Position numbers and translations under genes: made by a program
Shown: positions 26,005 through 35,088 of the stretch, in pieces
Layout: each line of letters starts with the position of its first letter
Position numbering within the stretch: the stretch's first letter is position 1
Origin: Agathobaculum sp.
GTDB taxonomy: Bacteria; Bacillota; Clostridia; Oscillospirales; Butyricicoccaceae
Length of the DNA stretch: 64,000 nucleotides
Assembly (NCBI RefSeq): GCF_022775115.1
Contig: NZ_JALFLA010000017.1
Span: 9,388 to 73,387 of the forward strand
Direction of reading: 5' to 3'
Notes under the pieces: model-generated
Database searches by the model: none
What the model saw: the letters and a program-made list of their open reading frames with translations, nothing else
What the model was told of the DNA's origin: nothing

Positions 26005-26289
26005 CCGCGCAAAAGAGGATTGAGTATCTTTTGATAAAAAATTTCAAAAAAATTTTTTGAGCGGCTTTGCCCGGCGGTGTGCGTTCGGCGTGCGCCGCCG
26101 CGCAAGGCCGCGTTTGTATTAACGCCGCAATGCGCATGGCTTAGACTGATATCGAACAAAACACCATGTAATTGTCGTGAAAAAATAATGACATATTTAC
26201 ATCAATATGCACAAAATTGACGGCTGACAGCCAGTTCGGTACTTATGCCGCTGCGGGCGCGCGACGCCTCGCGCAAGTCGCCAAGGGAC

Positions 26290-26318
26290 TTGACAGATAT
26301 TGTATTTCAGAATAAAAT
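26290..26318 (+). promoter_or_regulatory. sigma-A promoter of the hemerythrin-fusion gene
   Basis: TTGACA, 17 bp, TAAAAT. Confidence 0.7.
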
Positions 26319-26476
26319 AAGGAAAAAGCATAAAAGCGTTCCGCTTTTACATTGCTTGGGACATTTATAGAAGCGCGTTTCATTCTCTGCTGCGGCACGG
26401 GTGAACTGTGCTTTTATATTTTTCACCGGGTATACCGGTGGGCAAGGGGCAAAATAACAGGCGAAGGAGGTAATAT

Positions 26477-27379
26477 ATGGATAACTATCAATGGAATGAT
26501 GCATATTCCTTGGGTGTGGAAGTGATCGACGCAGGACATAAAAGGCTGCTTTCGGTCTGTCAGAGGGTGATAAAGATGCTGGAAGGCGGTGACTATGAGA
26601 TGCACCGCTACGCCTGCATCGAGGCCGTCAAGTTTTTCAAAAGCCACCTGATCACGCACTGCGCCGAGGAAGAAGAATATATGCGCTCGATCGACTACGA
26701 GCACTACGAGTGGCATAAGGAGCTGCACGATCGGGCGACCCATAAGCTCATACCCTCAGTGGAGAAGGATCTGATCGAGTCCGACTATGATGAGGAGTCC
26801 ATCCGGCGGTTCGTCGGCATCGGGCTGGGCTGGTTTACCGCACACCTTGGCGATGATCTGGCGATCGTGGGCAGAGGCGTGGACAGAAGCCGGGTGCTCA
26901 GCGAGCGGGGCGTGGTCGCAAAGCTGGCTGAGGGCGTCAGCGAAGTGATGAAGGGTGTTTTCCAGATGCCGGCCGAGCTGGTCAACGACCAGTATGAGGG
27001 CGAGGATTTCGGGGACGCGCTTTACTATGACATCGGCTACAAATCAATCATGGACGAGGGATATGTCCGCCTGATCGTTTCGCTGGAAAAACGGCTGGTG
27101 CTGCAAGGCACGGGTGTGCTGCTGTCCACCAGCTTTCAGGAGATAGATACCATGGTGCTTTCGGCGACCAAGGAGCTGTCCAACATGATGTTCCAGCATA
27201 TGCGCGGGTATTTTCCCAGCGAAAGCGCGCGGTATCAATTTGCCGGCGACCAGCTGCTCACAGCGGAGCAGGTACGCTTGCGGCTGGCCAAAAAGGCACC
27301 GGACTACGGCCTGCTGTTCAAAACGCCAATGGGCTTTTTTGCCATCTGTTTGGATATGGGAGAGGCCAAAATAAAATAA
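26477..27379 (+). CDS. bacteriohemerythrin domain fused to a CheC/CheX-like domain
   Basis: WNDAYSLGVEVIDAGH, HCAEEE, HKELH, WFTAHLGDD; C-terminal ATKELSNMM (ExxN); GGAGGT RBS. Confidence 0.8.
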   Translation: MDNYQWNDAYSLGVEVIDAGHKRLLSVCQRVIKMLEGGDYEMHRYACIEAVKFFKSHLITHCAEEEEYMRSIDYEHYEWHKELHDRATHKLIPSVEKDLIESDYDEESIRRFVGIGLGWFTAHLGDDLAIVGRGVDRSRVLSERGVVAKLAEGVSEVMKGVFQMPAELVNDQYEGEDFGDALYYDIGYKSIMDEGYVRLIVSLEKRLVLQGTGVLLSTSFQEIDTMVLSATKELSNMMFQHMRGYFPSESARYQFAGDQLLTAEQVRLRLAKKAPDYGLLFKTPMGFFAICLDMGEAKIK

Positions 27380-27426
27380 GCCGCCGGGGGAACAAACTGC
27401 GCGTTTGGCATCCCCCGCGGCTTTTT
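27378..27426 (+). terminator. terminator after the hemerythrin-fusion gene
   Basis: AAGCCGCCGGGGGA / TCCCCCGCGGCTT stem plus T-run. Confidence 0.7.
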
Positions 27427-27470
27427 GCCGTTCTGTGGGCGGTTTTTGTATCATAAAAGGGGGAGAGGGA

Positions 27471-28160
27471 ATGAGAGTTTTAGTGGTGGAGGACGCGCGG
27501 GACATGAACCGCCTGATCGTCAAAACGCTGACCCGCGCCGGGTACAGCGTCGACGGCTGCTATAACGGTGAAGAGGCGCTCGACTGCCTCTTGGGCGCGG
27601 CGTATGACGCGATCATACTCGATGTGATGATGCCGAGGATGGACGGCTATGAGCTGCTGCGCCGCCTGCGCGAGCAGGGGGTGGATACGCCGGTGCTGTT
27701 CCTGACCGCGCGCGACACGGTGGCCGACCGCGTCAAGGGGCTTGACCTCGGCGCGGACGACTACCTGATAAAGCCGTTCGATTTTGACGAGCTGCTCGCC
27801 CGCATCCGCGCCATGACGCGCAAGCACACCGGCCTGCGGAGCAACCTGCTGACGCTGGGCGACCTGACGGTTGACACGCAGCGGCACACGGCCGCGCGCG
27901 CCGGGCAGGAGATCGCGCTTCTGCCCAAGGAGTTTGCCATTTTGGAGTATATGATGCGCAATCAGGGCATCGTACTTTCACGCGAGCAGCTGGAAAACCA
28001 GATATGGAACTATGAATACGCGGGCAGCTCGAATAATATCGATGTGTACATCAGCAAGCTGCGCAAAAAGATAGACGGCGGCCACGACACACGGCTGCTG
28101 CACACCATTCGCGGCGTGGGCTGGGTGCTCCGCGCCGAGGACGAAAAGGGGACGACATGA
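27471..28160 (+). CDS. OmpR/PhoB-family response regulator
   Basis: VLVVED, ILDVMMP, LTARD, DDYLIKPF, winged helix IDVYISKLRKKI..LHTIRGVGW. Confidence 0.96.
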   Translation: MRVLVVEDARDMNRLIVKTLTRAGYSVDGCYNGEEALDCLLGAAYDAIILDVMMPRMDGYELLRRLREQGVDTPVLFLTARDTVADRVKGLDLGADDYLIKPFDFDELLARIRAMTRKHTGLRSNLLTLGDLTVDTQRHTAARAGQEIALLPKEFAILEYMMRNQGIVLSREQLENQIWNYEYAGSSNNIDVYISKLRKKIDGGHDTRLLHTIRGVGWVLRAEDEKGTT

Positions 28161-29536
28161 GAAAATGCTCGGTCAAGACTAAGATCACCATATGGATCAC
28201 GCTGCTGATGTTCATTCTGTCTGCGCTGCTGATCGCGTTTACGCTGGCCATCGGCAACGCGGTCATCCTGCGCACGTCCAGAGAGCAGCTTATCCGCACG
28301 CTGCGCTCGTCCGCCGCGCAGGTGCGCTTGCAGGACGGCCGGGTGAACACCGACGAGGGCTTTCAGTTTTACCGCAGCGGCGTTTCCACGCTCGTGTACA
28401 GCAGCAAGGAATCGCTGCTGGCCGGGCAGCTGCCGGTCTCCTTTGCCGGGGTGGAGGGCTTTGAAAAAGGCGTTATCCGCACGGCAAAGGGCGAGCAGGC
28501 CGAGTATCTGGTGCTCGACCTCTGGGTGGCCAGCGGCTGGGAGGATGGCGTGTGGCTGCGCGGCCTGCTCGAAGTGCCGGACAGCCGCCAGATCGCGTAC
28601 AGCTTTTTGCAGGTGGCGGCGGTCGCGCTGCCGGTCTTTCTCCTACTGGCCGCGCTCGGCGGCTACCGGATCGTCCGGCGGGCGTTCCGGCCGCTGGACG
28701 CGATCAACGCTACGGCCTCAGCCATCAGCGAGGCCAAGGACCTGTCGCGGCGCATCGGCCTGCCGCCGGGACGGGATGAATTTTCCTCTCTGGCGCAGGT
28801 GTTTGACCAGCTGTTCGCCCGGCTCGAGCATTCGTTCGAGGCCGAAAAGCAGTTCACGGCCGACGCTTCGCACGAGCTGCGCACGCCGGTATCCATTATC
28901 AAGGGCGCCTGCGAATACGCGGAAAAATACGATGAAACGCCTGAGGAGCGGCAGGAGACCATTGCGATGATCGCGCGGCAGGCGGACAAGATGTCCAGCC
29001 TGATCGACCAGCTTTTGCGCATGACCCGGCTCGATCAGGGCACCGAATCGGCGCGGATGGAGACGGTCGACCTCAGCGCGCTGGTCGAGGAGCTGCTGCG
29101 CGAGCAGCGCCGTCCGCCCGAGCGGCTGAGCGCCGCGGTGCAGCCCGGGGTGACGGTGTGCGGTGACGCCGCGCTGCTCGCCCGGCTGGCCGGCAATCTG
29201 GTGGACAACGCCTTCAAATACGGTAAGCCCGACGGACATGTATGGGTTTCGGTTGCGGCAGACGGCGAGGAGGCGCAGCTTTGCGTGCGGGATGACGGGA
29301 TCGGCATCTCGCGCGAGCAGCAGGACAAGATCTGGCAGCGGTTTTATCAGGTCGACCCCGCCCGCAGCGGCGAAACGCAGGGCGCGGGACTGGGCCTTTC
29401 CATGGTGCGGCAGATCGCGCAGCTGCACGGCGGCCATATGACGCTCGAGAGCGTGCCGGGCATCGGCAGCTCGTTTGTGCTGCACCTGCCGCTGGCGGAA
29501 AAGGGCGGCGCGGACGCGGCAGCAGTGGGCGAATGA
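28157..29536 (+). CDS. HAMP-HisKA sensor histidine kinase
   Basis: Two TMs, DEFSSLA HAMP, FTADASHELRTP, NLVDNAFKY, DDGIGI, GAGLGLS. Confidence 0.96.
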   Translation: MRKCSVKTKITIWITLLMFILSALLIAFTLAIGNAVILRTSREQLIRTLRSSAAQVRLQDGRVNTDEGFQFYRSGVSTLVYSSKESLLAGQLPVSFAGVEGFEKGVIRTAKGEQAEYLVLDLWVASGWEDGVWLRGLLEVPDSRQIAYSFLQVAAVALPVFLLLAALGGYRIVRRAFRPLDAINATASAISEAKDLSRRIGLPPGRDEFSSLAQVFDQLFARLEHSFEAEKQFTADASHELRTPVSIIKGACEYAEKYDETPEERQETIAMIARQADKMSSLIDQLLRMTRLDQGTESARMETVDLSALVEELLREQRRPPERLSAAVQPGVTVCGDAALLARLAGNLVDNAFKYGKPDGHVWVSVAADGEEAQLCVRDDGIGISREQQDKIWQRFYQVDPARSGETQGAGLGLSMVRQIAQLHGGHMTLESVPGIGSSFVLHLPLAEKGGADAAAVGE

Positions 29537-29567
29537 CCGCGCCGGAAGGCCAAAAATTTTTTTTGGC

Positions 29568-29602
29568 AATTTCATGTAAATTTCATATTTGGCCGGTATA
29601 GT
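29568..29602 (+). promoter_or_regulatory. tandem direct repeat (AATTTCAT x2, 11-bp period) at the -35 position; -10 TATAGT
   Basis: AATTTCAT at 29568-29575 and 29579-29586; TATAGT at 29597-29602. Confidence 0.6.
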
Positions 29603-29648
29603 ATTCTCAGAAAGCAAAAGACCAATGGCAAGAGAGGAGTGCATACCA

Positions 29649-30581
29649 ATGAAAAAACATTCCGTGATTGGCGCGCTCGCGCTGACCGCCCTGCTGCTCA
29701 GCGGCTGCGCGCAGGGGGATGCGAAGATGGAGTATATTGGCGCGGATGCCGCAAAGCTGCTGGCGGCCTCGAGCGCGGGGCTGTCCACCGGGCAGATCAC
29801 CTTTACCAATACCGATCTGGATACGCGCAACGGCGTGGAGTATTACCGGGTGGCCTTTACGGCGGACGGCGAAAGCTACGAATATGACATCGACGCGACC
29901 ACCGGCGTCATCATCGACAGTAAGCTACCGGCCGTCACGGCCAAAAGCGCCCAGCCCGCGCAGGACAGTCTGGTGACTGACGCGGACAGCTTCGGCGCCA
30001 CCCAGCCCGCGCAGAACAACGCCGCGCAGCCTGCACAGAACAACGCCGCGCAGTCCCCCAACGCGGTGACCGGCGCGACTGTGCCCGCGAATGCGGCTGC
30101 TGCGGCGCAGAACAGCGGGCAGGCGGTGATAAGCGAGGCCGACGCCAAGGCCAAGGCGCTGGCGCACGCCGGGCTGAGCACCTCGCAGGTCACCTTCGTC
30201 AAGAGCTATCTGGACTGGGACGACGGCCGTCAGGTTTACGAGGTCGAGTTCTACACCGCCGATTACAAGGAGTATGACTACGAGATCGACGCGTACAGCG
30301 GCAAGGTGCTGAGCTACGATTATGATGCCGAGTATTACACCCCGCCGGCTAAGACCGGCAGCAGCACAGGCTCAATCACGGCGGATGCCGCCAAGGATCT
30401 GGCGTTGGCGCAGGTGCCCGGCGCGACCCGCGCGAATATCCGCGAGTTCAAGACCGACTACGACGACGGACGGCTCGAGTATGAGGGCAAGATCTACTAC
30501 GGTAATATGGAATATGAGTTCACGATCGACGGATACAGCGGCTCGATACGCGAGTGGGATGTCGAGTCGATCTATGATTAA
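29649..30581 (+). CDS. lipoprotein with three PepSY domains
   Basis: Lipobox LLSGC; three units of type ..A..LAL..YEVEF..Y.YEIDA.SG.V. Confidence 0.9.
   Translation: MKKHSVIGALALTALLLSGCAQGDAKMEYIGADAAKLLAASSAGLSTGQITFTNTDLDTRNGVEYYRVAFTADGESYEYDIDATTGVIIDSKLPAVTAKSAQPAQDSLVTDADSFGATQPAQNNAAQPAQNNAAQSPNAVTGATVPANAAAAAQNSGQAVISEADAKAKALAHAGLSTSQVTFVKSYLDWDDGRQVYEVEFYTADYKEYDYEIDAYSGKVLSYDYDAEYYTPPAKTGSSTGSITADAAKDLALAQVPGATRANIREFKTDYDDGRLEYEGKIYYGNMEYEFTIDGYSGSIREWDVESIYD
30003..30053 (+). repeat. 24-bp tandem repeat encoding QPAQNNAA x2
   Basis: cagcccgcgcagaacaacgccgcg followed by cagcctgcacagaacaacgccgcg. Confidence 0.85.
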
Positions 30582-30608
30582 AAGGATTAAAAGGGAGGAA
30601 ATGTAGTC

Positions 30609-31760
30609 ATGAAAACCAAAACACTGAAAGCAAAGTCACGTCTGGGCGTTCTGCTGCTCGCCTTCGTGCTGATCGCCGGCCTGTTCATGGTCGGCGCGGC
30701 GGCGGCGGACGTCACCACCTTCACCGCGCAGCTGCGGCCGAACGTCACCATTCTGGTGGACGGCACGGCGCGCACCTTCTACAACGCACAGGGGCAGGAG
30801 GCGCACGCCATCTATGCCGACGGCACCCATTATCTGCCGCTGCGCGCCATCGGTGAGCTGATGGGCAAAAATGTCAACTGGGATCAGACCACGCTGACCG
30901 TCTCGCTCTCCGGCACGAGAACGACGGGCGCGGTGCAGGGCACGCCCGACACCACCACGCAGACGCAGTCCGTCTCGGTGCAGAGCCGCCCGGACTTCAC
31001 GATCATGGTTGACGGCGTTAAGAAGACCTTTGCCGACGCGCAGGGCAGAACGGTCTATCCGCTGCTGTATAACGGCACCACCTACCTGCCCGTGCGCGCG
31101 GTGGGCGAGCTGATGGGCAAGACGGTCAGCTGGAACGAGCAGACGGCCACGATCACGCTGGCGGCTTCGACCGGCAATCTGGTGACCGACGCGGACAGCT
31201 TCGGCCAGAACACCAACACGACCGCACCCACCACGCCCGTCACCCCGCCGCAGGCGATCACCGGCGCGACGCAGCAGGCCGGCACGCAGACCGGTGCGAA
31301 GATCAGCGTGGAGACTGCCAAGAGCAAGGCGCTGGCTCATGCCGGGCTTGCGGCCGATCAGGTCACCTTTGTGCAGCAGAAGCTCGATTGGGACGATGGC
31401 CGTCTGGTGTATGAGATCGAGTTCTACACCGCCGATTACAAGGAGTACGACTACGAGATCGACGCGACGACCGGCGCGGTGATCAGCTATGACTACGACG
31501 CCGAGTACTATGCGCGTCCCACGACCCCGACGAACACCAACGGCAGCTATATCGGCGTGGAAAAGGCCAAGAGCATCGCGCTTGGCAACGCGGGCCTGAC
31601 CGCGAACAAGGTATCCCGCCTGCGCTGCTGGCTCGAGCGCGACGATGGCCGCTGGCAGTACAACGTCGAGTTCTACTACAACACGATGGAGTACGAGTAT
31701 GAGATCGACGCCTATACCGGCACGATCCTGTCCCGCGATGTGGATTCCATTTACGACTAA
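30609..31760 (+). CDS. secreted protein with two stalk (copper-amine-oxidase N-terminal-like) domains and two PepSY domains
   Basis: Signal peptide; two units of YLPLRAIGELMGKNVNWD / YLPVRAVGELMGKTVSWN; two PepSY units. Confidence 0.88.
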   Translation: MKTKTLKAKSRLGVLLLAFVLIAGLFMVGAAAADVTTFTAQLRPNVTILVDGTARTFYNAQGQEAHAIYADGTHYLPLRAIGELMGKNVNWDQTTLTVSLSGTRTTGAVQGTPDTTTQTQSVSVQSRPDFTIMVDGVKKTFADAQGRTVYPLLYNGTTYLPVRAVGELMGKTVSWNEQTATITLAASTGNLVTDADSFGQNTNTTAPTTPVTPPQAITGATQQAGTQTGAKISVETAKSKALAHAGLAADQVTFVQQKLDWDDGRLVYEIEFYTADYKEYDYEIDATTGAVISYDYDAEYYARPTTPTNTNGSYIGVEKAKSIALGNAGLTANKVSRLRCWLERDDGRWQYNVEFYYNTMEYEYEIDAYTGTILSRDVDSIYD

Positions 31761-31764
31761 ATGC

Positions 31765-31799
31765 AAAAGCGGGAGCGGACAAACACCGCTCCCCTTTTT
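31765..31799 (+). terminator. terminator after the PepSY genes
   Basis: GGGAGCGG / CCGCTCCC stem plus T-run. Confidence 0.7.
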
Positions 31800-31822
31800 A
31801 TCCATGATGAGGTGAGAAGCGA

Positions 31823-32137
31823 ATGAAAAAAGAGGTTACGGTACAGGTCGATGTGCTCGCCCTGCTCGCCGGGGTGCTGCGCACGCTGTCCTTCGTGCTG
31901 CTGGCCGGCGCGGTGCTGGTGACGGTGGCGCTGGCCGCGTTTGCGCTGCGTATGCCCGGCCCCGGCGGCCTGTTCTATCTGCTGGACGAGATGGACGATG
32001 AGCTGCTGGGCGCGTTCCTGCTCTGGGGCGGCTTTGCGCTCAGCGGCACGGCCGCGCGGGTGCTGCGCGGGCAGGTCGCGCGGGCGTGGCAGGCGGCTGA
32101 GCAGACGGGCGGGCAAACGCCCCGGCTGCCCGGCTGA
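31823..32137 (+). CDS. small hypothetical membrane protein
   Basis: GAGGTG RBS; two hydrophobic segments; own terminator at 32163-32194. Confidence 0.65.
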   Translation: MKKEVTVQVDVLALLAGVLRTLSFVLLAGAVLVTVALAAFALRMPGPGGLFYLLDEMDDELLGAFLLWGGFALSGTAARVLRGQVARAWQAAEQTGGQTPRLPG

Positions 32138-32218
32138 GACGCATGATATCTGTCAAACGAAGACCGGCGGGAGGGTTGTCCTCCCGCCGGTTTTGCCATG
32201 TGCGCCGGTGTTTTTCGG

Positions 32219-32248
32219 TTGACAAGGCGCGCGCCCCGCGCGTACAAT
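32219..32248 (+). promoter_or_regulatory. sigma-A promoter of cbiQO
   Basis: TTGACA, 18 bp, TACAAT. Confidence 0.6.
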
Positions 32249-32285
32249 GGGTGATATACCGCAAACGGAGAAAGGGGGCGGCGAA

Positions 32286-33089
32286 ATGGCAAGGTCGCAC
32301 GCGCACGGCGCATATGCGATCGACCGGTTGACGCACGACTCGGGCATGGGCGGCTGGAACCCGGCGTTCAAGGCCGTGCTGGCGCTCGGTACGCTGGTCA
32401 TCTGCCTTGCGGCCGACTGCATGGCTGTGTCGCTGGCCGTGATCGTGTCGCTGGCCGCGCTACAGCGGGTCAAGGGCGGCTTGCCGCTGGGGACATATCT
32501 CGGCCTGCTGCGCGTGCCGCTGGTGTTTCTGCTGCTCGGCTGTCTGGCGGTCGCGTTTGACCTGTCGCGCGCGCCCGCGGGCGACTGGTATGTGGGTCTG
32601 CGCTGGTTTTATGTGTGTACGACGGCGGGGCAGCTGGCCGCAGCGGCCGCGCTGCTGCTCAAGGCGCTCGGCGCGGTCAGCGCCATGTATCTGCTCGCGC
32701 TGACGACCACAGCCAGCGAGCTGACCGGCGTGCTGCGGCGCGCTCACCTGCCGCCGCTGCTGTGTGAGCTGATGTATCTGATCTACCGTTTTATCTTCGT
32801 GCTGCTCGATACGCACGAGCGGATGCACACGGCGGCGGACGCGCGTTTGGGCTGGCGCGATTTCCGCACTGCCTGCCGCTCGTTCGGCGGGGTGGCGGGC
32901 AATCTGCTGGTTTTGGCGCTGCGCAAATCGCGCGTGTATGACGACGCGATGGACGCGCGCGGCTACGACGGCACACTGTGTTTTTTGGAGGAGGACAAGC
33001 CGCTGCGGCGCGTGCAGCTTGTGTGGACGGCAGTGTTCTGGGCGGCGCTCCTCCTGCTGCGGCTGGTCGCGAGACAGAAGGGAGCGTGA
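32286..33089 (+). CDS. cbiQ: cobalt ECF transporter T component
   Basis: LLRVPLVFLLLG, LIYRFIFVL, ARLG and AMDARGYDG Arg motifs. Confidence 0.92.
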   Translation: MARSHAHGAYAIDRLTHDSGMGGWNPAFKAVLALGTLVICLAADCMAVSLAVIVSLAALQRVKGGLPLGTYLGLLRVPLVFLLLGCLAVAFDLSRAPAGDWYVGLRWFYVCTTAGQLAAAAALLLKALGAVSAMYLLALTTTASELTGVLRRAHLPPLLCELMYLIYRFIFVLLDTHERMHTAADARLGWRDFRTACRSFGGVAGNLLVLALRKSRVYDDAMDARGYDGTLCFLEEDKPLRRVQLVWTAVFWAALLLLRLVARQKGA

Positions 33090-33919
33090 TGGCGGTGGAC
33101 ACACCGGTTTTGCAGGCGCGCGGCCTGTGTTTTTCTTATGACGGGCGAACGAACGCGCTCGACAGCGTGTCGCTCGATATCCGCGCAGGCGAGCGGCTGG
33201 CCGTGCTGGGACAGAACGGGGCGGGCAAATCGACGCTGTTTTTGTGTCTCAACGGTGTGCTCGCGCCCACGGCGGGCGAGGTGCTGCTGCACGGCCAGCC
33301 GATGCGCGGCAAGCGGCGGCGGGCGCTGTGCGCGCAGGTCGGCATCGTGTTCCAGCAGGCGGACGATCAGATCATCGCCTCGACGGTCGCGGGCGAGGTA
33401 TCCTTCGGGCCGATGAACCTGCGCCTGCCGCGGGATGAGGTGGTGCGCCGGGTCGACCGGGCGCTGGACTGCATGGAGCTGCAGCCGCTGCGGAGCAGGC
33501 CGCCGCACGAGCTGTCGGGCGGGGAAAAAAAGCGCGTGACCATCGCGGACATCCTTGCGATGGAGAGCGAGGTCATTTTGTTCGATGAGCCGGGCGCGTC
33601 TCTCGATCCGGCGGGCGAGGCGCGGCTGGAGGGCGTGCTGGAGCGCCTGTCCGGCGCGGGCAAGACGCTGGTCATCGCAACGCATGATATGGGTTTTGCC
33701 TTCCGCTGGGCGACGCGCGCGGTCGTCTTCAGCGGCGGCCGCCTGATCGCCGACGGCACCCCCGAGGAGGTGTTCCGAAACGAGGCGGCGCTTGCGGCGG
33801 CGCACCTGAAAAAGCCCGCCATGCTCGAGGTGTTCGAGCTGCTGCGCGCGCGCGGCCTTGTGCCGGCGGACGCGCCCTGCCCGAAAACGCCGGCGGCGCT
33901 CGAACGGCTATTAAAGTGA
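33089..33919 (+). CDS. cbiO: cobalt ECF transporter ATPase
   Basis: GQNGAGKST, VFQQADDQI, LSGGEKKRV, LFDEP, ATHD. Confidence 0.92.
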   Translation: MAVDTPVLQARGLCFSYDGRTNALDSVSLDIRAGERLAVLGQNGAGKSTLFLCLNGVLAPTAGEVLLHGQPMRGKRRRALCAQVGIVFQQADDQIIASTVAGEVSFGPMNLRLPRDEVVRRVDRALDCMELQPLRSRPPHELSGGEKKRVTIADILAMESEVILFDEPGASLDPAGEARLEGVLERLSGAGKTLVIATHDMGFAFRWATRAVVFSGGRLIADGTPEEVFRNEAALAAAHLKKPAMLEVFELLRARGLVPADAPCPKTPAALERLLK

Positions 33920-33940
33920 GCGAAAAAACGCGGCACATGC

Positions 33941-33968
33941 TTGACAGCACCTGCCGCCATGCTATAAT
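33941..33968 (+). promoter_or_regulatory. sigma-A promoter of the cobalamin operon
   Basis: TTGACA, 16 bp, TATAAT, with a TG extended -10. Confidence 0.8.
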
Positions 33969-33999
33969 GGAATTACTTCTTCCGGCCAAACAGCCGGAT

Positions 34000-34175
34000 A
34001 CGATGGGGTGCCTGCCAATTCTCCGGCAGGATAATAGGGAAAGAGGTGCAAGTCCTCTGCGGTCCCGCCGCTGTAAGGGAAGAGTCCGCCGCCAGACGAT
34101 GGTCACTGGAGCGAAAGCCTCCGGGAAGATCGGCAAACGGATGATGATGCCCAAGCCAGAATACCTGCCCCCTCG
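34000..34175 (+). ncRNA. cobalamin (AdoCbl) riboswitch aptamer
   Basis: GGTGC..AATAGGGAA.GAGGTGCAAGTCCTCTGCGGTCCCGCCGCTGTAA ... CACTGG..CCGGGAAGA (B12 box) ... AAGCCAGAATACCTGCC; upstream of cbiM. Confidence 0.93.
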
Positions 34176-34256
34176 GATGGAAGTGCAACCGGCTACGAGT
34201 GATGGCCGGCGTGTGTCGCGCGGCTTTCCGCCCGAAAAGGGGGGAGGCGGCGGTGT

Positions 34257-34303
34257 ACGCCGGGTTCGGTGCGTGGGTAAGCACTGGGACAGGGCGTTTT
34301 TTT
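34257..34303 (+). terminator. riboswitch expression-platform terminator
   Basis: ACGCC..GTTCGGTGC / GCACTGGGAC..GGCGT stem followed by T7, before the cbiM RBS. Confidence 0.7.
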
Positions 34304-34341
34304 ATGCCCCTTGGCGGGCATGATGGAAAGGAGAAAACAAT

Positions 34342-35085
34342 ATGACAGGCAAACAAAAAAGACTGGTGCGTCTGACCGCGTGTGCGGCGCTTTGCTGCGG
34401 TATGCTGCCGATGGCGGGCGCGATGCACATCATGGAGGGTTATTTGCCGCCCGCAATGTGCATTGCTTGGGGCGCGGTCGCGCTGCCCTTTCTTGCGGCG
34501 GGCTATTTTTCGCTGAAAAAGCGGGTCGCAGCCGACCGCCGCGCGCTCACACTTGCCGCGATGGCGGGCGCGTTTATATTCGTGATATCATCGCTCAAGA
34601 TACCGTCGGTGACCGGCTCGTGCTCGCACATGACCGGCACGGGGCTGGGCGCCATCCTGTTTGGGCCGAGCGCGGTGTCCGTTCTCGGCATCATCGTGCT
34701 GCTGTTTCAGGCCATCCTGCTGGCGCACGGCGGCCTGACCAGCCTTGGCGCGAACACCTTTTCGATGGCGGTGGCCGGGCCTTTCGTCAGCTACGGGATA
34801 TACAAGCTGTGCGGCAGGCTGCGGATCAATAAAATGGTGGCGGTGTTCCTCGCCGCGTCGCTGGGCGACCTGTTTACCTATGGCGTGACCAGCCTGCAGC
34901 TGGCGCTGGCCTATCCGTCGGCCACGGGCGGCGTGGCCGGCTCGGTGGTCGAGTTTCTCGGCGTGTTCGCGCCGACCCAGCTGCCGCTGGCCGTGCTGGA
35001 GGGTATTCTGACCGTTATCACGATGATCGCATTGGAATCCTATGCGCGGCCGGAGCTGCGCGCCGTTGGCTTTGGGGAGGCGTGA
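34342..35085 (+). CDS. cbiM: cobalt ECF transporter S component with an N-terminal leader peptide
   Basis: AGA|MHIMEGYLP mature N-terminus; [15 protein letters not shown]. Confidence 0.95.
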   Translation: MTGKQKRLVRLTACAALCCGMLPMAGAMHIMEGYLPPAMCIAWGAVALPFLAAGYFSLKKRVAADRRALTLAAMAGAFIFVISSLKIPSVTGSCSHMTGTGLGAILFGPSAVSVLGIIVLLFQAILLAHGGLTSLGANTFSMAVAGPFVSYGIYKLCGRLRINKMVAVFLAASLGDLFTYGVTSLQLALAYPSATGGVAGSVVEFLGVFAPTQLPLAVLEGILTVITMIALESYARPELRAVGFGEA

Positions 35086-35088
35086 GAC

